Assembly (NCBI GenBank): GCA_963768855.1
Contig: CAVYJM010000006.1
Coordinates: 992,001-1,056,000 of the forward strand
Origin: an uncultured Thermoplasmata archaeon
Lineage (GTDB): Archaea > Thermoplasmatota > Thermoplasmata > RBG-16-68-12
DNA: 64,000 nt
Direction: 5' to 3'
Shown here piece after piece: positions 10,510-19,036 of this stretch (the stretch's first letter is position 1; the number at the start of each line of letters is the position of its first letter). The translations under genes were made by a program, and so were the position numbers. Under the pieces are notes generated by a model that had not been told where the DNA came from, did no database searches, and was given only the letters and a program-made list of their open reading frames with translations.

Positions 10510-10914
10510 ATGGCGAAGAAGATCCGCGTTCTCATGGCGAAACCGGGGCTCGACGGGCACGACCGAGGCGTGAAGGTCATCGCCCGCGCGCTCCGCGACG
10601 CCGGCATGGAGGTCATCTACACGGGGCTACGGCAGACCCCCGAGGACATCGTCGAAGCGGCGATCCAGGAAGACGTCGACGCAATCGGACTGTCGTGCCT
10701 GAGCGGCGCCCACATGGTCCTCTTCCCCGAGGTCGTTTCGCTGCTGAAGAAGCGGAAGGCCGGCGACATCGTCGTCGCGGGCGGCGGGATCATCCCGGAG
10801 GAAGACATCCCCAAGCTGAAGAAGGCGGGCGTCCGGGTTGTGTTCGGTCCCGGCACGCCCTTGAAGGAGATCGTCGCGTTCTTCGAGAAGGCCGGCGCGG
10901 CGAAGGGTGCGTGA
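10510..10914 (+). CDS. Acyl-CoA mutase cobalamin-binding small subunit
   Basis: DGHDRG (DxHxxG) and SCLSG motifs. Confidence 0.95.
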   Translation: MAKKIRVLMAKPGLDGHDRGVKVIARALRDAGMEVIYTGLRQTPEDIVEAAIQEDVDAIGLSCLSGAHMVLFPEVVSLLKKRKAGDIVVAGGGIIPEEDIPKLKKAGVRVVFGPGTPLKEIVAFFEKAGAAKGA

Positions 10915-11920
10915 CCCCGTGCCTTCGCGGGCCCCCGCGGCCTCGAAGGCGGTCCGGGGCCTCGTGGACGAGCTCCTGGCGGGCGACAAGCGGGCCGCCG
11001 CGAAACTCATTTCGCTGATTGAAGACGACGAACCGGAGGCCTCGGCCGCGCTCGCCCTCATCTACCCTCACACCGGACGCGCGCACTACGTCGGGTTCAC
11101 GGGCGCCCCCGGGGTCGGCAAGAGTTCCCTCATCGATCGACTCGTCCGCGAGTTCCGGGCCCGGGGCCGCAAGGTCGGCGTCGTCGCCGTGGATCCGACG
11201 TCTCCGTATTCCGGCGGCGCCGTCCTCGGGGACCGCATCCGGATGGCGGACACGGGCATTGATCCGGGCGTCTTCATCCGGTCCATGGCGACGCGCGGCC
11301 ATGCGGGTGGGCTCGCCCTGGCCACGTTCGACGCCGTGCGGGTGCTCGACGCGATGGGCATGGACCTCGTCCTCGTGGAGACCGTGGGCGCGGGGCAGAG
11401 CGAGGTGGAGATCGCGAGCCGCGCCCACACCACGGTCGTGGTCGAGATGCCCCTGACCGGGGACGCCGTCCAGACGATGAAGGCCGGAATCTTGGAGATT
11501 GGCGACATCTACGTCGTGAACAAGTCCGACCTCGCGGACACGAGCACGCTCGTCGCGAACCTGCGCTTCCAGATCGAGGAACGCGACGGCTGGCGGCCGC
11601 CGATTGTGTCCACCTCGGCCCTCAAGGACGGGTGCGTCGACGAGCTGGCGGACGCGATTACGAAGCATCGCTCGTTCCTCGACTCGTCGGGCATGTGGGA
11701 ACGGCGTGAGCTCCAGCGGGCCCGCCAGGAGATCCTGGAGAACGCGCGCCGCCTCCTTGCGACGCGAGTCCGCGCGGGTCCGGAAGGTTCCGATTTCGAA
11801 CTGCTTACCGAGGCGGTGATCGCTCGCCGGATGGACCCACAGTCTGCGGCAGTTCGCCTGTTGCGGTCGGAGGCATCCGGCCCACGCTCCGCACCCCGAC
11901 GGGCCCGTTCGTCCCCTTAG
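10907..11920 (+). CDS. meaB: MeaB/ArgK G-protein chaperone of B12 mutases
   Basis: [41 protein letters not shown]. Confidence 0.95.
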   Translation: MRDPVPSRAPAASKAVRGLVDELLAGDKRAAAKLISLIEDDEPEASAALALIYPHTGRAHYVGFTGAPGVGKSSLIDRLVREFRARGRKVGVVAVDPTSPYSGGAVLGDRIRMADTGIDPGVFIRSMATRGHAGGLALATFDAVRVLDAMGMDLVLVETVGAGQSEVEIASRAHTTVVVEMPLTGDAVQTMKAGILEIGDIYVVNKSDLADTSTLVANLRFQIEERDGWRPPIVSTSALKDGCVDELADAITKHRSFLDSSGMWERRELQRARQEILENARRLLATRVRAGPEGSDFELLTEAVIARRMDPQSAAVRLLRSEASGPRSAPRRARSSP

Positions 11921-11929
11921 GCGGTTGAT

Positions 11930-12379
11930 TCAGCCGGCCGGGGGCGCTTCGTATTCGATCCCCAGGCCGTACTGATGTGCCCCGCAGTCCGGGAGGGTGG
12001 TTGCGAGTTGCCCCGGGACCCTTGCATGACCCGGAACAGAGTACACCTGCCAGCTGACCGATTGGTCGTCCACCAGGAGCTGGACTCGGACCGTCCCGTC
12101 GACCGGCCCGCGATTGAAGAGCCGGAAGTTCACGGTGACATTCTGGGTTGCTCCCGCCGTGGCGCAGCCGGATATCTGGAAGATCGCATCATGGACGATG
12201 ATGTCGGGACGGGGCGTGAAGGTGAAGACCGCCCATACCAGGAGCGCCGCCACCACGGCCATCGTCACGATTCCGACCTTCTGGCGCGCCTTGACGTAGG
12301 CGGCCGTCGCTGCGGCCGAGTCGCGCGGAGGCAAGCTGCCCGGCGCCCGGGTGTCCATGGAGCATCCCCGGTCCTGCAT
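11930..12379 (-). CDS. Hypothetical membrane-anchored protein
   Basis: One N-terminal TM helix followed by a beta-rich, CARDB-like region. Confidence 0.6.
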   Translation of the reverse strand: MQDRGCSMDTRAPGSLPPRDSAAATAAYVKARQKVGIVTMAVVAALLVWAVFTFTPRPDIIVHDAIFQISGCATAGATQNVTVNFRLFNRGPVDGTVRVQLLVDDQSVSWQVYSVPGHARVPGQLATTLPDCGAHQYGLGIEYEAPPAG

Positions 12380-12465
12380 CCGTTGACAACTCGTTAAGTC
12401 TTGCGCGCACAGCCCGCGTCGGCGGGCTCGGGTATTATAAGGTCCCGCGATTTCGCCGGGGGGAG

Positions 12466-13635
12466 ATGTCGGCCCCGCAGCGCCCCTTTCGACCGATGGC
12501 CTTCCTCCTGGCGACCTGGGCGGTGACCGTCTGCAGCAACGCCTTCTACATCGCCCCCGCGCCGATCGTCGAGGACATGCGGGCGTCCCTCGGAATCACG
12601 TACGCCCAGGCGGGCGCCCTGATCTCCGTCTACCTGGTCGCGATCCTGCTGTTCCAGCTCCCCGCGGGCTACGTCATCGACCGCCGCGATCCGCGCTCCC
12701 TCATCGTGGCCTCGACCCTGGCGGTGCTGGGGCTGAGCATCCTGATCTACGCTGTCCCGCGGTACGACGTGATGCTCCCCCTGCGGTTCCTCGCCGGCAT
12801 CCCCGTCGCCTTCATCTTCGTGCCCTCGGCGTTCCTCGTGTCCCGCGCGTTCTCCCAGACCCCCGGCCGGGCCGTCGGTCTCTTCCTGAGCGGCCCGCCC
12901 GCCGGGACGGCCATCGGGAGCCTCCTGGGGCCCGTGATCGCCCAGACATTCGGGTGGCCGGCCGTGTACGTCGCCTTCACGCTGCCCTGGCTCGTCCTCC
13001 TGCCCACCTTCGTCTATTTCGCGCGCGGGATGCCGATGCCGAAGGCCGAACCCTTCACCACGGCCGACTACCTCGCGGCGTTCCGCAAGCTCGAGCTGTG
13101 GAAGGTCGGGGCGGTCTTCGCCTGCAGCTATGCGGCCTACATCTTCTACGTGGGCTGGTCCCCCACGTACCTCGAGCGCAACGGAGTGACGTCGGCGGTC
13201 GTCCTTGGGATCCTCTCCGCTGCCATCCCCGCGGCCGGGATCCTGTCACGACCCATCGGCGGTTTCCTCGGGGAGAAGACGTTCGCGGCGGACAAGCGCC
13301 GCGTCCCGATGATCGCGTTCGCGATCCTGGTCGTCTCGAGCCTCGCCGTCCCGGTCCTGGGCCTCGGGTCGATCCCGCTCCTGATCGCGGGCGGGTTCCT
13401 GGCCCAGTTCCCGTTCAGCGTATACTACGTCCTGTCCGCACAGATCATGCCGCCCCGGTTCACCGGCTCGGCGTATGCGTTCATGAACACGATCAGCCTC
13501 ATCGGAGGGGCGATTTCCCCCGGGCTCGCCGGCTTCCTCCTCGACCTCACCGGGTCCTTCCTCGCGTCGTTCGTCATGATCGCGGCGTCCGCGATGGTGG
13601 GGCTCGGACTCATCCTTGTCACGCGGGAGCGATGA
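12466..13635 (+). CDS. MFS transporter
   Basis: About 12 hydrophobic segments, GYVIDRRDPR motif-A-like loop; TTATAA upstream. Confidence 0.9.
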   Translation: MSAPQRPFRPMAFLLATWAVTVCSNAFYIAPAPIVEDMRASLGITYAQAGALISVYLVAILLFQLPAGYVIDRRDPRSLIVASTLAVLGLSILIYAVPRYDVMLPLRFLAGIPVAFIFVPSAFLVSRAFSQTPGRAVGLFLSGPPAGTAIGSLLGPVIAQTFGWPAVYVAFTLPWLVLLPTFVYFARGMPMPKAEPFTTADYLAAFRKLELWKVGAVFACSYAAYIFYVGWSPTYLERNGVTSAVVLGILSAAIPAAGILSRPIGGFLGEKTFAADKRRVPMIAFAILVVSSLAVPVLGLGSIPLLIAGGFLAQFPFSVYYVLSAQIMPPRFTGSAYAFMNTISLIGGAISPGLAGFLLDLTGSFLASFVMIAASAMVGLGLILVTRER

Positions 13636-13637
13636 AA

Positions 13638-13712
13638 CGCGCGGGGCGGGATTTGAACCCGCGGCTTGCGGCTTAGGAGGCCGCTGCCCTATCCAATCTA
13701 GGCCACCCGCGC
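13638..13712 (-). tRNA. tRNA-Arg(CCT)
   Basis: Cloverleaf GCGCGGG/CCCGCGC, anticodon arm GCGGC-CTCCTAA-GCCGC, TTCAAAT T-loop; no encoded CCA, no intron. Confidence 0.96.
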
Positions 13713-13877
13713 TCCGTGGGACGGAACGATGGGCGGTCGATAAGCCTTGTCCTGAGGACCGGGGTCATCGGAGGGCTCGTGGCGAGGGGATGACCCGTTG
13801 GCCGGACGGCCGAATCTCTGGAGACAGAGCCCCAGGGAGAATAAAAGGGGAAGGGAGCGTTCAGCAGCGCGGCCGGT

Positions 13878-14255
13878 TTACCGGCTGGCGCTGAGGCTCC
13901 ACAGGCTGCCCGCGAGCAGCAGAAGGCCGAGCAAGAGCCCAGCCGTTCCGCTCACGAGCACGACCATCGCCAGACCGGAGATCATCGCGACGATCGCTCC
14001 GTTCTGGACGTTCTGCTTCGACACCGCGTAGCCGATCAAGCCGACGATCCCGAACAGGACGAGGAACGTCTCTGCCGGAGAGACCGCGACGATTGCACCG
14101 GCCCTCGCAACGTCGAAGGCATAGGTCAGCACGCCAACGAGGATCGCGAGCACGCCGGCCAGGACCTCCGGAATGAGGTAGGTAGGCATGCGCGTGAGTT
14201 CACGCCACGAGTGCGTGAGTCCCGTCGCCGTGGACCCGGTTTGGGTCGCTTCCAT
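13878..14255 (-). CDS. Hypothetical membrane protein
   Basis: Four hydrophobic segments; GGAGGTGA SD about 9 nt before ATG 14255. Confidence 0.75.
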   Translation of the reverse strand: MEATQTGSTATGLTHSWRELTRMPTYLIPEVLAGVLAILVGVLTYAFDVARAGAIVAVSPAETFLVLFGIVGLIGYAVSKQNVQNGAIVAMISGLAMVVLVSGTAGLLLGLLLLAGSLWSLSASR

Positions 14256-14472
14256 GTGTGGGTTCACCTCCCGTCCCCCCGCCTCCGTCTAGGGCCATGT
14301 CCTTTCTTGGACGGTTCTCGAACGGAGCTTGAACTTCTCGTCGTTTCCAAGGTGACAGAAGGGTTAAATGTTCGCGGGATGGGGCCAAACGACGCACTCG
14401 AGTGTCCACGCATGTGGATTCATGTGCATGGGTGCGCCTCCAAGACGACCAGGTTCGGGGCACGAGAGCGGC

Positions 14473-15408
14473 TCAGAGTTCCTCGGGGGCTTTTTCCTCC
14501 GGGGGCAGCTCCTCTTCGGACCGCTTCGGCTCCGCGGGCTTCTTCGGCTGCCGTGCCTTCTTGGGCGCCGGCTTGGGCTTCGGGGCCTCCGCCTTCGCGT
14601 CGTCCGCCTTGGCCTCGGCGGGCTTCTCCTCGCCCTTCTCTTCCTTCGGGGCCTCGGCCTTCTTCTCGTACTCCTCGACGAACCGCATCACGTGCAGATC
14701 GGTGAGTTCACGGAGGTCCGCGACGACTCGGAACTTGGAGACGAACCACTTCTCGTCCGTCTTGCACAGGTCCGGGATCTGGACCTCGAGGACGTCATCC
14801 TTGAGCTGGAGTTTGAACTGCTCCGCGAGCCCGTAGTCCATATCGAGGATCGCGCGGATGCGGTCCTCCGGGGTCGTGGCCTTCTTCGTGATCTTGAACA
14901 CGTACTTGACCGTCTTGCCCGCGAGGGGGTTGTTGAAGTCGATCCGGACGCGCCCGGCCGCGACGGACGTGATCGTCCCTCTTCGCCCGCCGATGGAGAC
15001 TTCCAGCCCGAGCTCCGGCTCGATCTCCTGCCGCAGGAACTCGCGCTCCGTCTTGAGCTCGACGAGCCGCGCGTCCCGCGCGCCGGCCGCCTTGTCGGAG
15101 GGGATCGTGACCTCCTTGGACTCGCCGACCTTGGAGCCCAGGATGGCGTCCTCGAGGCCGAGGAACAGGCGGCCCTTCCCGACGATGACGGGCTGCTCTG
15201 CGTAGACCTTCTTCTCCTCGAACTTGTTCTCCTTCTTCGCGACCTCCTCATGGGTCGTGTCGAAGAGGGTCTGGGTGCTGTTGGGGTTCACCGTGTAGGC
15301 GTCGTACTCGAGCCAGACGATGTCTCCCTTCTCAACCGTGTCAGGGGCCACGCGCTCACCGTTCGGGGAATCTTCGGAAGGGACGCCTTCGCTTAAAGGT
15401 TGCGGCAT
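14473..15408 (-). CDS. Long-type FKBP peptidyl-prolyl isomerase (SlyD-like)
   Basis: KGDIVWLEY, VGKGRLFLGLE, IDFNNPLAGK; Lys/Glu/Pro-rich tail. Confidence 0.9.
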   Translation of the reverse strand: MPQPLSEGVPSEDSPNGERVAPDTVEKGDIVWLEYDAYTVNPNSTQTLFDTTHEEVAKKENKFEEKKVYAEQPVIVGKGRLFLGLEDAILGSKVGESKEVTIPSDKAAGARDARLVELKTEREFLRQEIEPELGLEVSIGGRRGTITSVAAGRVRIDFNNPLAGKTVKYVFKITKKATTPEDRIRAILDMDYGLAEQFKLQLKDDVLEVQIPDLCKTDEKWFVSKFRVVADLRELTDLHVMRFVEEYEKKAEAPKEEKGEEKPAEAKADDAKAEAPKPKPAPKKARQPKKPAEPKRSEEELPPEEKAPEEL

Positions 15409-15424
15409 GCACGACCGCGGCGGC

Positions 15425-16339
15425 TCACTTGTTCATTCCGATGGCGACGGAGATCCGCTTGTACCGGTTCCGGATCGTGACCTCGGTCACGCCTGCGACC
15501 TCCGCGACCTCCTTCTGGGTGCACGGCTTGTTGCAGAGGATGGCCGAGATGTAGATCGTCGCAGCGGCCACGCCGCTCGGCGCCACGCCGGACGCGAGCT
15601 CGTCCTTCTCGACCTTGTCCAGGATCTCTTTCGCCTTCCGCTGGACCTCCATGTCCAAGTCCAGGCGGTTGCAGAAGCGTGCGATGTAGTCCCGCGGGCT
15701 CTGCGGCAGGAGCCGGAGCCCGAGTTCCCGCACCAGGGTGCGGTACGTGCGACCGATCGACTTGCGGTCGACGCTCGACTTGCCCGCGATCTCGTCCAGC
15801 GTCCGAGGCACGCCGCACTGGCGGCACGAGGCGTAGAGGGTCGCGGCGACGACCTCGTCGATGGACCGCCCTCGTACGAGGTTCTTGGTCGACGCCTTGC
15901 GGTACAGGACCGCGGCGCTCTCGCGCACGTGGCGCGGCAACCCCATCTTGGAGGCCATCGTGTTGATCTCGGTCAGGCCCTGGGCCAGCGATCGCTCGCC
16001 GCTCTTCGATGTGCGGATTCGGTGCTGCCACTTCCTCAGGCGGTAGATCTGCGCGCGGCTCTTGTGGGGGATCTGGCGGCCATAGGCGTCCTTGTTCCTC
16101 CAGCCGATCGAGGTCGAGAGGCCCTTGTCGTGGGCCATGATCGTGCTCGGGGGCCCGGCCCGCTCGCGGGACTCCCGCTGCTCGGAATCGAAGGCCCGCC
16201 ACTCCGGACCCTCGTCGATGATCATGTCGTCGAGGACGAGACCGCAGTCCTCGCACACGATTTCCGCGCGTGTGTAGTCCCTGACCAGATGGTCGCCCCG
16301 GCACTCAGGGCACTGGGTCGTAACCTCAACTTCACGCAT
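15425..16339 (-). CDS. tfb: Transcription initiation factor IIB
   Basis: CPEC...CEDCG Zn ribbon, GPEWRAF, two cyclin repeats, [10 protein letters not shown]. Confidence 0.98.
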   Translation of the reverse strand: MREVEVTTQCPECRGDHLVRDYTRAEIVCEDCGLVLDDMIIDEGPEWRAFDSEQRESRERAGPPSTIMAHDKGLSTSIGWRNKDAYGRQIPHKSRAQIYRLRKWQHRIRTSKSGERSLAQGLTEINTMASKMGLPRHVRESAAVLYRKASTKNLVRGRSIDEVVAATLYASCRQCGVPRTLDEIAGKSSVDRKSIGRTYRTLVRELGLRLLPQSPRDYIARFCNRLDLDMEVQRKAKEILDKVEKDELASGVAPSGVAAATIYISAILCNKPCTQKEVAEVAGVTEVTIRNRYKRISVAIGMNK

Positions 16340-16477
16340 CGTATCAGGTCCTCCCCCGACCTCAAGAATGCGCTCCCAACGAAGCAGGGTCTATATAGGT
16401 CTTTCTGCGAATCGTCATCCTTACGTCGCAATCCGCCGAGAACCTGCGAAAACGTACACGTTACCGGGTGCTTACCA

Positions 16478-17215
16478 TTACGCCCGCATCTCGAGGAACT
16501 CGCCGTTCCGGAGCATGCGCCAGCGGCCCGGAAGGGCGGGCAGGACCTCGGAGCAGACGACCTTCAGGTCCTCCGCGCTCGTCTCGTGGAGGGTGTAGTA
16601 CGGCACGCACGTGCGCGCGTCCCGGTGCGCGATGAGGCGGTCGCCCTCGATCATGAGGAACGTGTAGGACTCGACCTTCCGCGGGTACTCTGCGTCGAGG
16701 GACTCCTTCGCCTTCGCGACGGCCTGCTTGACCTCGGCGAGCGGGCGGATCTCCGCGCCGAATCCCTCCAGGAATCGATCGAAGATGATCTGGCTGTCGA
16801 TCTTCCCGTCCTTCAGGTGGAACCCGTCGATCTCCCCGTTGTGCGCGAAGAAGATCGCGTGGTGGTCCGCCTCGCGGCGGAACGGGTGGCAGTACTGCTC
16901 CTGGACCGTGTCCTTGAACGATGCCCAGCGCACGTGGGCGAGGAGGAGGAGCGGCGGGCTGCAGGTGCGTCCGAGACGCCGCACCGCGTCCTCGTACTTC
17001 GGGTCCGTGCTCGCCTTCGCCGCGCTGCGCGCGTAGAACTCGCCCTCGGCACCGACGCATGCGATCCCCCAGCCGTCCGGATGGCCCGTCTTCGGGTTCG
17101 GCTCCGGACACCCGAAGTCCCGGAACCCCTTTCCCGTGTCCGCGAGCTGCCGGAAGGACATCAGGATCTCTGCAGGGATCGGCTTCCGGCTTAGGACGGC
17201 GAGGAGTCGGCACAT
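16478..17215 (-). CDS. Class II glutamine amidotransferase (YafJ/EgtC-like)
   Basis: N-terminal MCRLL nucleophile, HPDGWGI, AHVR, HPF, FAHNG. Confidence 0.9.
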   Translation of the reverse strand: MCRLLAVLSRKPIPAEILMSFRQLADTGKGFRDFGCPEPNPKTGHPDGWGIACVGAEGEFYARSAAKASTDPKYEDAVRRLGRTCSPPLLLLAHVRWASFKDTVQEQYCHPFRREADHHAIFFAHNGEIDGFHLKDGKIDSQIIFDRFLEGFGAEIRPLAEVKQAVAKAKESLDAEYPRKVESYTFLMIEGDRLIAHRDARTCVPYYTLHETSAEDLKVVCSEVLPALPGRWRMLRNGEFLEMRA

Positions 17216-17216
17216 G

Positions 17217-17708
17217 TCAGCCCAACTTGTAGCCGATCTTCCGGAGGAAGTCCATCCGTTCCTTCCGGTCCTCCGCCCCCTCGATCCCGCGCGATCGCTC
17301 TCCGTCGATCACGCCGAGCACGCCCCGCCCGCGCGCGCCGATCGCCACGATGACGTCCACGGCGTTCGAGGTTGCGGCGTACAGGTTCACGACCTCGGGC
17401 ACCTCTCGGATCGCCCGGAGCAGGTTGAGCGGGTAGGCCTCCTTGACGAAGACGATGAAGAAGTGGCCCGCCCCGACCGCGAGGGCGTTCCGGGAGGCGA
17501 GGGCCTTGAGTGCATCATCGTTCCCCTCGACGCGCACGAGGCAGGGTCCGGACGCCTCGCAGAACGCCACGCCGAACTTGATCCCGGGCACCGCGTTCAC
17601 GAGGGCCTCGTGGACGTCCTCCGCGGTCTTGATAAAGTGGGTCTGGCCCAGGATAACGTTCAGGCCGTCCGGGTTCTCGATCGGGACGAGCTCCGTCTCC
17701 ACGGCCAT
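17217..17708 (-). CDS. Adenosine-specific kinase family (DUF355)
   Basis: NVILGQTHFIKT, FCEASG, GAGHFF, RGVLGVIDG. Confidence 0.9.
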   Translation of the reverse strand: MAVETELVPIENPDGLNVILGQTHFIKTAEDVHEALVNAVPGIKFGVAFCEASGPCLVRVEGNDDALKALASRNALAVGAGHFFIVFVKEAYPLNLLRAIREVPEVVNLYAATSNAVDVIVAIGARGRGVLGVIDGERSRGIEGAEDRKERMDFLRKIGYKLG

Positions 17709-18085
17709 CGGGGGCTGTATCTCGCGGGGGCGATAAAGTCCTTGCCGAGGAGTGAGGGCAGCCAGAGCAGGAGGGCGATGACCGAGGCGAGGAGCGACAG
17801 AAAGCCCACGAGCAGGAGCCAGTCCCGCCAGGCCGGCGCCCATCCCTTCCTCAGCCGCGCCTGATCGGGCCAGGGGCCGGGTCGTACGTCCGCCTTCAAG
17901 TCGACCATCATGCCCGCAAGGATGGGGCCGTTCCCAGGCGGGCGCACAGACATGGAGTCACCCCGGGGCAGGGTAGCTCCCAGCAGGTCCTCGCATCTTC
18001 CTGGGGCATGCCCGTGGGATCGCGCGTGGACCTACGCTACATGCACGCGGCAAGCTGACGGGGAGGTATCGAACTTCCCGGACTC

Positions 18086-18400
18086 ATGTCCCGATTCCGC
18101 GGCCTGTGGTCCGTGCTCCTGGAGGTGGAGAGCCCCGACCTCCGCCAGGACCTCGCCCTGCTCGCGACCGCCCTCCAAGTGAGCTTCCCGGACCGCGGCG
18201 CCAAGGAGCGGTCCGTCGTCGAATACATGGCAATCCGCTTCCAATGGCCCGCCACGCGCACGCGGCGGCGGCTGCAATCCCTCGTCGATCTCGGCGTGCT
18301 GCGCTGCTCGCGGGACCTCGGCGACAACTGGACGAAGGTCTTCGAGGTCCTGGACCGGCCCCACGTGCCGCCCGCCCTGGCCGTCCAGATGGGCGCCTGA
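18086..18400 (+). CDS. Hypothetical protein with winged-helix-like C-terminus
   Basis: TRRRLQSLVDLGVL helix plus wing pattern; start uncertain. Confidence 0.55.
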   Translation: MSRFRGLWSVLLEVESPDLRQDLALLATALQVSFPDRGAKERSVVEYMAIRFQWPATRTRRRLQSLVDLGVLRCSRDLGDNWTKVFEVLDRPHVPPALAVQMGA

Positions 18401-18403
18401 TCG

Positions 18404-18970
18404 TCACGGTCCGGGGCGCGTGGTGGCCTTGCGCACCTTCTCGATGAACCCGCCCACGCGGAGCGGGCGCTGCGCAATCATGAAGAAGTCGGCGGCTCCG
18501 AGGGCGAAGAGTTCCGGCGGGAGGCGGGCGAAGGAGCGGTGGCGGACCGCGGCGATCTCCTGCCCCAGGTGCAGCTCGAACGGATGCCCGAGCGAGCGGC
18601 TGCTGCTCGCCAGCCTCCGGACGGCGCTGTTCGGACGGATGACCAGGTCCTCGTACAGCGCCGAATCGGTCGGTCTCACGAAGGCGTACGCGACCGCCTC
18701 GGGCGGCGCGCGGATGCCGAGGGCCTCGCCGGGCACGAGGGCGAACCCGTACGCGAACCCCGCCGAGGCGGCGCCCCGGGCCCGCGAGAACCGGTAGCCC
18801 ACGAAGCCCCGCGTGGCGATCTTCCGGCGGCGGTACTCCTCCATGGGCCAGCGTAGGGGGCGTTGGATGCGCTCGAAGGTCCCCCGGATCTCCGGCGAGA
18901 AGTCACGCCGCACGGTCGCGGCGAAGGCCACCGCCCCGATAAGCCCTCCGTCGCGGCCCCGGGCGGTCAA
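18404..18970 (-). CDS. Hypothetical protein
   Basis: 188-aa ORF with protein-like composition, filling the gap between neighbours. Confidence 0.6.
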   Translation of the reverse strand: MTARGRDGGLIGAVAFAATVRRDFSPEIRGTFERIQRPLRWPMEEYRRRKIATRGFVGYRFSRARGAASAGFAYGFALVPGEALGIRAPPEAVAYAFVRPTDSALYEDLVIRPNSAVRRLASSSRSLGHPFELHLGQEIAAVRHRSFARLPPELFALGAADFFMIAQRPLRVGGFIEKVRKATTRPGP

Positions 18971-19036
18971 GCCGGATTGCGAGAACGCCTAAGTAGTCAC
19001 TCGCCTTGCCCAGCCCACCGGAGTCAGGGGCGAGTC

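Noticed and set aside
17660-17953. Minus-strand ORF with one TM helix (WLLLVGFLSLLASVIALLLWL)
   Set aside because: It runs through the TATA-like box and start of the DUF355 gene. It could be a real small membrane protein, but support is insufficient.
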